A DNA stretch of 64,000 nt from Chloroflexota bacterium (GCA_009391835.1 QWJF01000007.1:722-64721), one strand, 5' to 3'. Shown: positions 1 to 9,186, numbered from the stretch's first letter. Translations and numbers: made by a program. The notes: generated by a model not told the origin, from the sequence alone.

Positions 1-612
1 GGTCTTTTCAAAAAGAGCCCGGTAGAGTCTTTCGTCTCGGCGTGGTCTATCTAAGCTGTCTCGGGCCAAGCGCCTCGCCACAACAATGAGACTTATTGAA
101 AACCCAAAGCCAATGATCAACGCGATGACACTTTCTTCCATTGGCGCGGAATAGGGGTTGAGTGAAATCAATCCCATCGAATCCAGTACATGAATGCCCA
201 CATCCGCCACCAAGCTCAGGCCACCAACCGTGGCTCCGCCGACTGTGCCCGCGGTTAGACCCGCGAAGACAATAATGACCATCTGAGTAGATAACCAGGG
301 GCTGTGTATGCCACCAGTAATACTGATCAATAGAGTTGTTATGATCCAATACCCGATCACGATCAAGCCCGCGGCCTGCCTCAGGCGATCCCGTTTTAAG
401 AGACCATATGCTGTAGCATTAACCGCCAGAGTAATCAAAGGCAAAACAATTCGAAAACTCAATTCACCATCCTGCGGGACAAGCAACAACCCAGTAACTA
501 TCGCAATCGCGGTTGAGGCTATTATGGCTTGGCGAATGTAATCAGCTTGCTTAACGCGTTCAGGGCCTTCTAAAATAGAAACGCTAGCCACTTGCACTTT
601 TTGAATTTTCAT
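1..612 (-). CDS. sensor-type membrane protein, N-terminal multi-pass domain (start in window, 3' end runs past position 1)
   Basis: Absent from the ORF track because there is no stop in the window. ATG at 612 (MKIQKVQVAS...) opens a frame that stays open to position 1. It has several hydrophobic helices (..ITGGIHSPWLSTQMVIIVFAGL..) and ends ..RRDERLYRALFEKT, typical of entry into a PAS/cytoplasmic signalling module. Confidence 0.7.
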   Translation of the reverse strand, partial: MKIQKVQVASVSILEGPERVKQADYIRQAIIASTAIAIVTGLLLVPQDGELSFRIVLPLITLAVNATAYGLLKRDRLRQAAGLIVIGYWIITTLLISITGGIHSPWLSTQMVIIVFAGLTAGTVGGATVGGLSLVADVGIHVLDSMGLISLNPYSAPMEESVIALIIGFGFSISLIVVARRLARDSLDRPRRDERLYRALFEKT

Positions 613-780
613 TACACCTAATCTTGCAAAGATGATCAAGGGTTGAATACAACGTAATTATAGTTAATCCTGCTGGGTTGACTACTCCCCTAAACCTCCT
701 ATCAGAACGATTTCTGTCAAAACAAATTTTCCCTTAACATTTCACAATTGTGCAGCTCAACAGCCAACGGCTAATGATGA

Positions 781-1170
781 TTATTGAATTACCTGCTCAT
801 TCCTGGATAAGTAAAACCCAAAGAAAACGCCAAGACTCACTGTCCAAGGCCACCAACTCAACGCAGCTGCGAGTTGCACTGGGGAAAATTCCAAAAATCC
901 ATGCCCGTGCAAGCCCGTTTTAAAGAGAATCAGAAATATAGCCAAGATCGGGGCCAAGGCTCCATAAAACGCACCTGCCAACAAAGAGAAGCCCTGCGAA
1001 AATGGTCGAAGCGACGCTTGCCGCGCCAAGCTCCAAGCACCCAGTAATCCCGACAAGCTCAGTGCCAACCGGGCATCCAGGTCCTCAAAGGGCAACCAGA
1101 TCATCACGAGCAGCAGCCAGAAAAGTCCCCATCGTTTGAGGATCTCGCGCTTATCCACGATTTTTATCAT
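781..1170 (-). CDS. small polytopic membrane protein (about 4 TM), unknown function
   Basis: 129-aa ORF with hydrophobic helices. Its ATG overlaps the stop of the upstream kinase gene (ATGA at 1167-1170). Confidence 0.6.
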   Translation of the reverse strand: MIKIVDKREILKRWGLFWLLLVMIWLPFEDLDARLALSLSGLLGAWSLARQASLRPFSQGFSLLAGAFYGALAPILAIFLILFKTGLHGHGFLEFSPVQLAAALSWWPWTVSLGVFFGFYLSRNEQVIQ

Positions 1171-2459
1171 TCCAAATTTTCGTCAACAGGAATCCTTACA
1201 GTCAAGCGCGTGCCACTGCCCAAATTACTGATTACCTCAAACGTGCCTCCCAGGATCTCTGTCCTGGTCCGTAGAATCCAGAGGCCAGTTCCAGGCTCCA
1301 TAGCCTTTGCGTCCCCAGTCTCAAACCCCATCCCATCGTCCTCCACATCCAGCCGCACCCAGTCCCGCCCTTCCGGCTTTGCACGTAGCCAGATTGTCCC
1401 CCCTTGGGCATGATTCAGCGCATTGTTCAAGCCCTCAAGTGCAATATAGAATAAGGCGCGCTGACTGCGAAAATCTAGTTGTTTTAGGGCTTTTGCGTCA
1501 ATTTCAAGCTGCAAAATCTGCCCATAGGCATCTTTGGTTTGTTCAGCCAGGTCCTGGAAAGCAGCCGGAAGACCAGAACTCTGCAGCGATTGCGGGTGCA
1601 GGCTGAATAGCAAATGGCGGATTTCCTTGGTGCTGGAACGCGCCAGTTCCTCGACTTTCTTCATTTCTCCCTCAGCGGAACGAACATTTCGCTCGATCAT
1701 TCGCCGCGCCAGGCTCACCCGCATGGCGATCGCGGCAACCGATTGGATTGCTCCGTCGTGCAAAACCCGCGCCCATTGCCGTTGGACTGCCTCGGCTAGT
1801 CCCTCTACTCGTTCTAGTTCTGCCTGAAAATCCGTGCACAAATTCTTATTTTTCCCGGCGACTCGGATTGGCTCTGTGTCATCTACAATTTCCCCCATTG
1901 CATCCTCACCGGAAGTCTGTCCTTGTCCTGGGCGCTGGGCGACGATCCCAATCAGAAATCCAGCCAGTACAAGCCCGATTGCCGGTCCTCGCATCAAGTT
2001 GGAAACGTCTACCAATGGGATATCCACGAGGGCCAGCAAACCAAATCCCGCGCTGGTGACAAAACCTGCCAACAATCCGCCATTGATCCCAAATGCAAAC
2101 CCGGCGCTGGCTACGGGTAGCAGCCCCGCCCAAACCAGAGACCCTAATAAAGTGCCGTTAAAGAAGAAGAGCGCCACACCCAAAAGTGCATCTCCCGCCA
2201 CATGCAACCACGGCGCCTGCAACATGGAATAGCTGGTCTGTTGGCCTGACATCAAGAGCAAAGCCCATAAGCCTCCCACCGCAAACACAATGATCAGTTC
2301 AGAAGTCGCGCGCCCTTTAACGGTCAGCAAAAGGGCCAGGGCCAGTAGTATCCCCCAGCGCACTCCAGGAGCCAGTTTGCCAATCCATTGGCGCGTGTTC
2401 TTCGCCTGCATGTGTCCATCATAGCCAAAAGACCTCGCCAAATCAACCGCAGCCCTCAT
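1167..2459 (-). CDS. membrane sensor histidine kinase, HisKA_3 (NarL/DesK-type) family
   Basis: Multi-TM N-terminus. H-box region VLHDGAIQSVAAIAMRVSLARR and HATPase_c motifs (LEGLNNALNHA, DVEDDGMGF, GTGL). An alternative start at MQAK (2411) is possible. Confidence 0.85.
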   Translation of the reverse strand: MRAAVDLARSFGYDGHMQAKNTRQWIGKLAPGVRWGILLALALLLTVKGRATSELIIVFAVGGLWALLLMSGQQTSYSMLQAPWLHVAGDALLGVALFFFNGTLLGSLVWAGLLPVASAGFAFGINGGLLAGFVTSAGFGLLALVDIPLVDVSNLMRGPAIGLVLAGFLIGIVAQRPGQGQTSGEDAMGEIVDDTEPIRVAGKNKNLCTDFQAELERVEGLAEAVQRQWARVLHDGAIQSVAAIAMRVSLARRMIERNVRSAEGEMKKVEELARSSTKEIRHLLFSLHPQSLQSSGLPAAFQDLAEQTKDAYGQILQLEIDAKALKQLDFRSQRALFYIALEGLNNALNHAQGGTIWLRAKPEGRDWVRLDVEDDGMGFETGDAKAMEPGTGLWILRTRTEILGGTFEVISNLGSGTRLTVRIPVDENLE

Positions 2460-2483
2460 GTATAATCGGATCAGGTTCTTAGA

Positions 2484-3047
2484 ATGCCCCGATTAACCAA
2501 GATCTATACCCGCACCGGCGATGACGGCACAACCGCGCTCGGAAGCCGCCAGCGAGTGTCCAAAGATAGCTTGCGCATCCGCGCCACAGGTACCGTAGAC
2601 GAAGTCAACGCCCTTCTTGGCCTGGCCCTCGCACAGGGGCTTTCTGAGCGTCTCGGCCTGGCGCTCCCCGCTATTCAAAATGAGCTTTTCCATTTGGGTG
2701 CTGAGCTCTCCTTTCCTCCCAGCGAGGAGCAGGAATTTGAGATCCCGCGCATTGAAGCTCACCACGTCACGGCTCTTGAAGAACTGATTGATGAATTGAA
2801 TCAGACCCTTGGCCCCCTGGAGAATTTCATCTTGCCGGGTGGCTCTCCGGGCGCCGCGGCCCTTCAGCTTGCCCGTGCCGTGGCCCGACGCGCCGAACGC
2901 CGGATGGTCAGCCTTGCAGGCGCAGAGCAAGTACGACCCCAAGCAACAGCCTATATCAATCGCTTATCCGATGCTTTGTTTGTAATGGCTCGCTATGAGA
3001 ATAAGCAGCGCGGGATTGAAGAGCCTCTCTGGGATTCGCGCGCCTGA
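2484..3047 (+). CDS. ATP:cob(I)alamin adenosyltransferase, PduO-type
   Basis: N-terminus MPRLTKIYTRTGDDGTT and length of 187 aa are characteristic of the PduO/MMAB family. Confidence 0.85.
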   Translation: MPRLTKIYTRTGDDGTTALGSRQRVSKDSLRIRATGTVDEVNALLGLALAQGLSERLGLALPAIQNELFHLGAELSFPPSEEQEFEIPRIEAHHVTALEELIDELNQTLGPLENFILPGGSPGAAALQLARAVARRAERRMVSLAGAEQVRPQATAYINRLSDALFVMARYENKQRGIEEPLWDSRA

Positions 3048-3049
3048 AC

Positions 3050-3496
3050 TCAGCGCGGCCCCATGTACACCCACACACCGCAACCCGCCAACTCCACCTC
3101 ATAATCCCCCGCCCGCACCAGCAGTTCACCACCCGGCAGCCCATAATAGCTGCCTAAAATAATCCCGTCATATTTTCGCCGCGCCCAATAGCAGAAACGC
3201 CGGTCGCTGGATGTAGAGCGCCACAGCCCGGGGGCAATCTCCACGCCAACCAGGTAAACCCCATCCCCATGTGGAGCGGTTTGCCCGATCCCCGTCGCGG
3301 CTGCCGGGAAAATCGGACTCGGCTCAACAACCGCCTGTGGCGCCCCAACGGCGATGCTTGGCGCCGCTTCTACCGTTTGCGTGCGTTCGACGGCCACTTC
3401 CACCAGGGCCGTGCCCAACGCCCTTTCAGATACTTGAGGGCTGCCGCAGGCGCTCAGCAAGCAGACGAGCCCAATGACGTAGGGGCCGTATTTCAT
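3050..3496 (-). CDS. lipoprotein, unknown function
   Basis: Internal ATG at 3496 gives MKYGPYVIGLVCLLSAC-G (signal peptide plus lipobox). This ATG overlaps the stop of the upstream glycosyltransferase gene (ATGA). The longer ORF-track N-terminus lies inside that gene. Confidence 0.7.
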   Translation of the reverse strand: MKYGPYVIGLVCLLSACGSPQVSERALGTALVEVAVERTQTVEAAPSIAVGAPQAVVEPSPIFPAAATGIGQTAPHGDGVYLVGVEIAPGLWRSTSSDRRFCYWARRKYDGIILGSYYGLPGGELLVRAGDYEVELAGCGVWVYMGPR

Positions 3497-5181
3497 GGAT
3501 TCCCCAATCGATACACCCGCGCATACTCCAGCCCATCCATCCCGGCAATAAAAACTGGCTCTTCTCGGCTCAGGATTTCCAGCAAATTGGCTGGCGTCCC
3601 TCGCTGCCATTGATGGATATACACCACGAGATAATCCATCCCGAGCAAAGCTTGCAATTCATCGTCTGGCAATGCATCCACGATGAGAATATGGGCGGCG
3701 TCATGCGCAAACAGCAGGTTAAAGCTGCTGCTATACCAGCTGGCTACTTTGGCATCACCAATTCCAGGCTGCATGTTCAGGTAGCTGGCCGCCTTGTCCA
3801 GGCCTTCCCCCCACCCCACCATCATCGTTTCGGGTGCTTTAGCGTTGCCCCCCATACTTGGATTGTAGTAGCTCAGGAAGTAGGGGGCACTTGTCCATGC
3901 GGACGCGAATTGCAGGCCCAACACGAGCGCCAACACTCCGTTCGCTGCCCAATCAGGTTGTTTAGGTGATTTTTTCTGCCAAGCCTCCGCGATCCTGCTC
4001 CAACCCCAGCCCGCGATGAGAATAAGTGGCCCGTGTGCCGGAAGCAAGTAACGGTCAAACTTCTTCACCCCCAGGCTCATCAATAGCCCGAAAAACAATG
4101 CAAACAAAAATAAACCCACGATTGCGTCATGATGCCTTGTCTCCGGAATTTTCCTCAGTAGCAACCACCCTGCGAACCCAAGCCCTGCCAAAACCAGCGG
4201 CGTACTTCGCCACAAGAAGCTGAGCGGGTAAAAAATAATTGAAGCTTTGCCCAGATCCCCCAATGGATAGACCATGCCATTGAAAAAAACAGGGCCGCTG
4301 TACCCCCCTTGGGCAGAAACCAATGTGTAGTCCAGAACACCGTCGAGCACTTCCATAGGAATTCGCCACATCGCGGGAAAAAGTAGCGCCCAGGTTGCCA
4401 ATATCACGATTCCAAACAGTGCAATCGAAGGTATCCGTTTTTGGGTCTCGGTCGCGCCCGTTTTTCTTTGGCGCACCCAATGCCAGAAAGCCAGCCCCGC
4501 AATCACAGGGACGACAAACCAACCGGGTGTTTTGGTCAGCCCGCTTAGCCCGGTAGCCACCCCTGCCACAATCAGAGCGCTCCACCGCCCCGCTCGCAAA
4601 TAATCCAAAAATGCCAGCATTGCCAGCAGCATGAAGCTGGTCAGCAGGCCGTCCTGATGCAGCAGTCGCTGGTGGGCGATCAAGAATGGGTCAAAAGCGA
4701 ACAACGCCATCCCGATCATTGCAGCCCGCACCCCAAGCAAACGCCGCGCATAGAACCAGCTCGCAATAAATGCCATCGCGGCAAAGATCACAACGGCTGC
4801 CCGGCCCGCGGCCAGTACTTCCACGGGGTTTACTCCCCGGTTAAGGAGCAGGTGTCTCAACCCGAAATCGCTGATTGCGCTTTCTCCCACGTCTCGATAT
4901 TCAGGAAAGCGCATCAAAAAGCCAAGGAAACCCGCCCATAGAGTCGTGATGCCCGGATGCGAACTCAGAAAGGTCGCTTGCCAATCCGCGTGCATTACCG
5001 CGTAATAAAAATCTGCTGAGTTTCGCAACCATAGCGCTTCATCCGCGGTGGCAAAGCGGCCCAAATTAGGCAGCCGTAAGGCCAGGAAAGCCAGCAAAAG
5101 CAGAGCGGGCTGTACCACTCGCCCCAGCTTCTCTCTATTTTCCATCCCTGGGATGGTCCGAAAATTGAATTTCACAGGCAA
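3493..5181 (-). CDS. GT-C fold membrane glycosyltransferase (family 39 / ArnT-PMT-like)
   Basis: 562 aa with more than 10 TM helices. First-loop acidic motif ..RFATADEALWLRN.. and a soluble C-terminal domain. The start could be TTG 5181 or ATG 5145. Confidence 0.75.
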   Translation of the reverse strand: MPVKFNFRTIPGMENREKLGRVVQPALLLLAFLALRLPNLGRFATADEALWLRNSADFYYAVMHADWQATFLSSHPGITTLWAGFLGFLMRFPEYRDVGESAISDFGLRHLLLNRGVNPVEVLAAGRAAVVIFAAMAFIASWFYARRLLGVRAAMIGMALFAFDPFLIAHQRLLHQDGLLTSFMLLAMLAFLDYLRAGRWSALIVAGVATGLSGLTKTPGWFVVPVIAGLAFWHWVRQRKTGATETQKRIPSIALFGIVILATWALLFPAMWRIPMEVLDGVLDYTLVSAQGGYSGPVFFNGMVYPLGDLGKASIIFYPLSFLWRSTPLVLAGLGFAGWLLLRKIPETRHHDAIVGLFLFALFFGLLMSLGVKKFDRYLLPAHGPLILIAGWGWSRIAEAWQKKSPKQPDWAANGVLALVLGLQFASAWTSAPYFLSYYNPSMGGNAKAPETMMVGWGEGLDKAASYLNMQPGIGDAKVASWYSSSFNLLFAHDAAHILIVDALPDDELQALLGMDYLVVYIHQWQRGTPANLLEILSREEPVFIAGMDGLEYARVYRLGNP

Positions 5182-5249
5182 TTTTCCATCACGCCGGAAT
5201 TATAGTGAGTTCCAATAGGATTTGATTAGCCCTGATTCCAAAACACACT

Positions 5250-5278
5250 TTGCATTTCGAGCGCAGGTAGCCTAGAAT
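5250..5278 (+). promoter_or_regulatory. sigma-70 type promoter TTGCAT-17-TAGAAT
   Basis: -35 at 5250-5255 and -10 at 5273-5278 with a 17-nt spacer, 32 nt upstream of the 5310 ATG. Confidence 0.5.
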
Positions 5279-5294
5279 ATAGAACATATATTCT
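5274..5294. promoter_or_regulatory. 8-bp perfect inverted repeat AGAATATA-N5-TATATTCT overlapping the -10 element
   Basis: Read directly: arms at 5274-5281 and 5287-5294. Candidate operator. Confidence 0.4.
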
Positions 5295-5309
5295 TTACTG
5301 TACGTAATA

Positions 5310-5666
5310 ATGACTTTTTCTCGTTCCGATTCTCTGACCGCCGTTTCAACGATCGTCCAGGCCTACCTCGGGCAGCATGGTCCTGGGGACCAGCCCGCTA
5401 GCCTGCGTGCCTTTGCCGCCCTGCTCTCCGAGTCTCTCCAGTCTTACGAGCGGCAGCTTTCACATCAAAGCATCAAAAACTGGTTGGATCAACGCCATCT
5501 TCCGGATCGTTTCTTGATGCATCAGATCGCTGATATTGCCCTGCATGATTGGCGCGGCGATTTTGCCTTAGACATTCTGGCCGCACTGGATCCCGGCTCC
5601 CACCGACCTGCATCCATCATTGGTCGTCGAGCCCTCTCACATCATTTAACTGAAAACAAAGCCTAA
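5310..5666 (+). CDS. hypothetical protein, possible HTH
   Basis: 118-aa ORF. The segment SLRAFAALLSESLQSYERQLSHQSIKNWLDQRHLP resembles an XRE-like helix-turn-helix. The functional call is weak. Confidence 0.5.
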   Translation: MTFSRSDSLTAVSTIVQAYLGQHGPGDQPASLRAFAALLSESLQSYERQLSHQSIKNWLDQRHLPDRFLMHQIADIALHDWRGDFALDILAALDPGSHRPASIIGRRALSHHLTENKA

Positions 5667-5764
5667 GCCAAGCTTGCTAGTTGCGCCTCGGCCCTGCTAG
5701 GCATACAATGAACCCACAGTACATTCGCCTATAACCTAGAAACGGAGCCGGAGTTTCTCTCCTT

Positions 5765-7246
5765 ATGTGGTCCCTAACTGTCCGTTCCCCGGATAGCAAA
5801 CCCAACGAGTACCTCCTCAAGCCCGGAGCGAACAACCTTGGCCGTCGTAAAGGCAACGATATCGTCATTGCCGACGAGGCCGCTTCGCGCCTCCACGCCC
5901 AACTCCATCTAGACGATAAAACCAATTCCATAACGATTCGCGATCTGGGCAGCCGCAACGGCACTTTCATCAATCGCCGCCGTCTCACAGCAAAGCACGA
6001 TTTCCGGCTGGCGCCAAATGATGTGGTGCGCATCGGCATGTACGAAATTCTGCTCTCCATCCGCGAGGAACCCGGCGAAGAAGCCGAACTTGATGCTTCG
6101 GGATTCCAACCATTCAGCCGCGAGCTGCTTCTAGAATCATTTGATAACCATGCGGTGCTGCTCTATGAAGTCATCCAGCAACTCAACAACGTGCTGGATG
6201 TCGATGTCGCTCTCAAGGAGGTTTCGCGCCTCTTGCGCCTTACGCTAGGCGCCGACAAATGCAGGGTCATTCTGGCCGAAGATTTCAACCGTATCATGGA
6301 GCTCGGCTTTCCTACCAGCATCGCAGATTTCGCCATCGAGAACCGCACCACCGTGCTACTGCCCAGCCGCGGACCCGAAAGCAAGCAATTAATGAGTGAA
6401 AGCGCGCGCACATTGCGTGTCCATACGGTTTTGTGTGTGCCCGTGGTCAGCGCCGATAAGGTCATCGCCTTGATCTACATGTACAAAACTCGATCCGATA
6501 CGCGCCATTTCAGCCGTCGCGATATGCAGCTTGCTGTGGCCGTAGGTCATCTTGCTGCCCTAACCATTGAGCGCGTCTCCCTGATTGAGCGTGTTCGTGA
6601 AGAACAACGCGTTCGTCAGTTACTCCAGCGCTTCGTCGCTCCCACGGAGGCCGAGTTCCTGCTGCGCACCTATCTCGATAGCGGGAGCCTGCCGGTGCTT
6701 CAAGAGTTGCAATGCACGGTAATGTTTGCCGACATCGCCCAATCCAGCCGCCTGGCGGAGAGTCTCGGCCCGCGTCCCTTTGGAGAGCTGCTTAACCGTT
6801 ATTTCCAGGATGTCACCAACATCATCTTCCAATATGGCGGCCTAATTGATAAATACCTCGGCGATGGTTTCATGGCCGTCTTCGGCATGTCTGGGAAGCA
6901 AAAAAATCCCGAACAGAACGCGGTGGCAGCCGGATTGGAGATCATTAAACTCCTCGAGGCCCGCTACCGAGAACCGGATAAACATATCGTTATAGGCATC
7001 GGCATCAACACGGGCATGGTCGTGGCAGGCTATGTGAGCACCAAAGAGCGCGTGGAACTCTCGGTACTGGGAGATGCAGTTAACGTGGCCGCCGGCCTCG
7101 AAAGTATGGCCCGCCCCAATCGCATTTTGCTCGGCCCTCTAACCACAGACGCGGTGAAAGATAGCTACTCCCTTGAGCTTCTTGGGGAACAAACTATCAA
7201 GGGCCGCACGCAACCTCTATTGGTTCACGAAGTCAAGTCCCGGTGA
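5765..7246 (+). CDS. FHA - GAF - class III adenylate/guanylate cyclase
   Basis: FHA motifs (LGRRKGNDIVIADEAASRLHAQL, RDLGSRNGTFIN), a central GAF-like region, and a cyclase core (VMFADIAQSSRL, KYLGDGFMAVFG, GINTGMVVAG). Confidence 0.85.
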   Translation: MWSLTVRSPDSKPNEYLLKPGANNLGRRKGNDIVIADEAASRLHAQLHLDDKTNSITIRDLGSRNGTFINRRRLTAKHDFRLAPNDVVRIGMYEILLSIREEPGEEAELDASGFQPFSRELLLESFDNHAVLLYEVIQQLNNVLDVDVALKEVSRLLRLTLGADKCRVILAEDFNRIMELGFPTSIADFAIENRTTVLLPSRGPESKQLMSESARTLRVHTVLCVPVVSADKVIALIYMYKTRSDTRHFSRRDMQLAVAVGHLAALTIERVSLIERVREEQRVRQLLQRFVAPTEAEFLLRTYLDSGSLPVLQELQCTVMFADIAQSSRLAESLGPRPFGELLNRYFQDVTNIIFQYGGLIDKYLGDGFMAVFGMSGKQKNPEQNAVAAGLEIIKLLEARYREPDKHIVIGIGINTGMVVAGYVSTKERVELSVLGDAVNVAAGLESMARPNRILLGPLTTDAVKDSYSLELLGEQTIKGRTQPLLVHEVKSR

Positions 7247-7258
7247 TACACTTGAATT

Positions 7259-7732
7259 ATGAACGGCCTGCCATTCCAGGATGAATACCTAGAGGCCCGT
7301 GCCGATTGCTGGGGCTGCGGCCGGAACAACCCCGAAGGGCTCTATATCAAGAGTTATTGGGAGGGGGAAGAAGCTGTCGCCCATTATCAACCCCTCCCCC
7401 ACCAAATTGGTCATAAAGGCGTCATGAATGGCGGCGTAATCGCCACCCTGATCGATTGCCACAGCATTGGTCTCGCCATTGCGCATGCCCATCGCGAGGC
7501 TGGCCGCGCAATCGGCACTTCACCACTGATCACCTACGTCACCGGCTCGCTGCAAGTAGATTACCTCAAACCTACACCCGTGAAAGGGGAACCCGTTGAA
7601 TTGCGTGCCCGTATCAAAAGTGTAGATGGACGCAAATCACTGGTCACCTGCTCCCTGTTTGCCGGTGGCGTGGAAACCGCTCGCGGAGAAGTGCTCGGCG
7701 TGCAGGTTGAAGAGCTGCCGATGCCTGCTTGA
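7259..7732 (+). CDS. PaaI-family (hotdog fold) thioesterase
   Basis: GVMNGGVIATLIDCHSIG motif, an N-terminal CWGCG knuckle, and 157 aa. Confidence 0.7.
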   Translation: MNGLPFQDEYLEARADCWGCGRNNPEGLYIKSYWEGEEAVAHYQPLPHQIGHKGVMNGGVIATLIDCHSIGLAIAHAHREAGRAIGTSPLITYVTGSLQVDYLKPTPVKGEPVELRARIKSVDGRKSLVTCSLFAGGVETARGEVLGVQVEELPMPA

Positions 7733-8262
7733 TGCGCCTCTCCTACCGCCCCACGTTCGCCCATTTCACCGACAATTACCTCGCCACCCATTTCAGCAGC
7801 GGCGTCCAAACGCTGCGCCGTTTGGCTGGCGGCCCTATTCTGATTGTGGCTGGCTCCCTGCTCATCATTGCGGCCCGCACCTGGATGGCTTCTCTCTGGC
7901 TGCGCCTGCTTTCAATCGGCTTAGGAGTGCTGCTCATCGTAATCGGTGCCTTCGTATTCGCCATGCCGCTCATTAACATATTCCTCGTGTGGCTGCGCCG
8001 CGATCAATTATTTGGCGATGAGCAATCTGTCACCACAATTGAGTTACTTGCCGGGCATTTGAAGATTACCGAGCGCGGAGAAACCGTCAAGCTGCCGCTG
8101 GCGCAAATTCAGTCAGTGCAGCACCGAGCCGCCAGTACTTGGATTCTCACCCGGAGCGACACGCTCATTTATGTCCCCCGCCAAAACCTGCTCAGTGGTG
8201 ATCACGACCAGTTCATTGCCGCCCTCGAAGAGAAAATTGCCCCGCCCGAAACACAAGAGTAG
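7732..8262 (+). CDS. membrane protein, YcxB-like
   Basis: Two N-terminal TM helices followed by a small soluble domain. ATG 7732 overlaps the upstream stop (TGATG); the ORF track starts at TTG 7729. Confidence 0.55.
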   Translation: MRLSYRPTFAHFTDNYLATHFSSGVQTLRRLAGGPILIVAGSLLIIAARTWMASLWLRLLSIGLGVLLIVIGAFVFAMPLINIFLVWLRRDQLFGDEQSVTTIELLAGHLKITERGETVKLPLAQIQSVQHRAASTWILTRSDTLIYVPRQNLLSGDHDQFIAALEEKIAPPETQE

Positions 8263-8276
8263 CAGGGCCTCATTAG

Positions 8277-9077
8277 TTGTTGAACGAATTACGCTTCACC
8301 TCGAGCCAAGCCCCCAACGCCTTTCCCTACGTCAAAGCGCTACTCAGCCATCTCAGCGAGCGCTTGGGATTTCCCGTTCATTTCACTGAACATGCCGATT
8401 GGCTCACCCGGGAAACGCAACTGGAGGCTGGTGAAATCCAAGTCGGCTGGATTTGTGGCCTCCCCTACGTGTGGAAAGCCGATATCCCCGATCCAAGCAT
8501 CCGATTACTGGCCGCGCCCGTGATGAGCGCCGCACGTTATGCGGATAAGCCTGTTTACTACTCAGATGTGCTGGTCCGTGCGGATAGCGCCTTTAAACGC
8601 TTCGAGGATTTGCGCGGCACCGTTTGGGCCTACAACGAAGTTCGCTCGCAATCCGGCTACAACATCACTCGCTACCATCTGGCTACAATGCAGGCGCCCT
8701 CGGGCTTCTTTCGCAAATCCGTCAACGCCGGATCCCACCAAAATGCGCTGAAACTTATCTTACGGGGCTCGGTGGATGCCAGTGCCATTGATAGCACGGT
8801 GCTAGAAACCGAACGCCGCGCCAATCCGAACTTAAAGTCCGCATTGCGTAGGATCGCCATTCTGGGCCCAAGCCCCATCCCGCCCTGGGTGATCCACAAG
8901 GACGTGCCCGCCGAAACGCGAGCCGCCTTGCAACGCGAATTAATTCAATTGGATACTTACGAAGAGGGAAAAACTTTGCTTGCCGCCGGCCGACTGGCCA
9001 GATTTGCCAAGGTTCAAGATTCTGATTACGCTCCCATTCGGGAGATGGCTGCTCTCGCCGAACCAGTAAAGCTCTAG
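8277..9077 (+). CDS. PhnD/phosphonate-binding-type periplasmic-binding-fold protein without signal peptide
   Basis: 266 aa. Type 2 PBP-like motifs (VGWICGLPYV, YYSDVLVRADS, GYNITRYHL, VDASAIDSTVLE). No hydrophobic N-terminal segment. TTG start. Confidence 0.6.
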   Translation: MLNELRFTSSQAPNAFPYVKALLSHLSERLGFPVHFTEHADWLTRETQLEAGEIQVGWICGLPYVWKADIPDPSIRLLAAPVMSAARYADKPVYYSDVLVRADSAFKRFEDLRGTVWAYNEVRSQSGYNITRYHLATMQAPSGFFRKSVNAGSHQNALKLILRGSVDASAIDSTVLETERRANPNLKSALRRIAILGPSPIPPWVIHKDVPAETRAALQRELIQLDTYEEGKTLLAAGRLARFAKVQDSDYAPIREMAALAEPVKL

Positions 9078-9157
9078 ATCAATTGGTCGCTGGTCCCAAA
9101 CCTCTTAAAACTACGGTTTTCCCAGCAAATAGCCTACAAAATTGCCAGTTTTTACGT

Positions 9158-9186
9158 TTGCCCCTATCGCCCTCTAATGCTACAAT
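9158..9186 (+). promoter_or_regulatory. sigma-70 type promoter TTGCCC-17-TACAAT
   Basis: -35 at 9158-9163 and -10 at 9181-9186, about 70 nt upstream of ATG 9257. Confidence 0.5.

Noticed and set aside
47-541. ORF-track entries 47-349 (minus) and 308-541 (plus)
   Set aside because: They are replaced by the edge-truncated minus-strand frame starting at ATG 612. That frame translates into coherent TM helices and a signalling-domain entry. The listed ORFs are out of frame or antisense to it.
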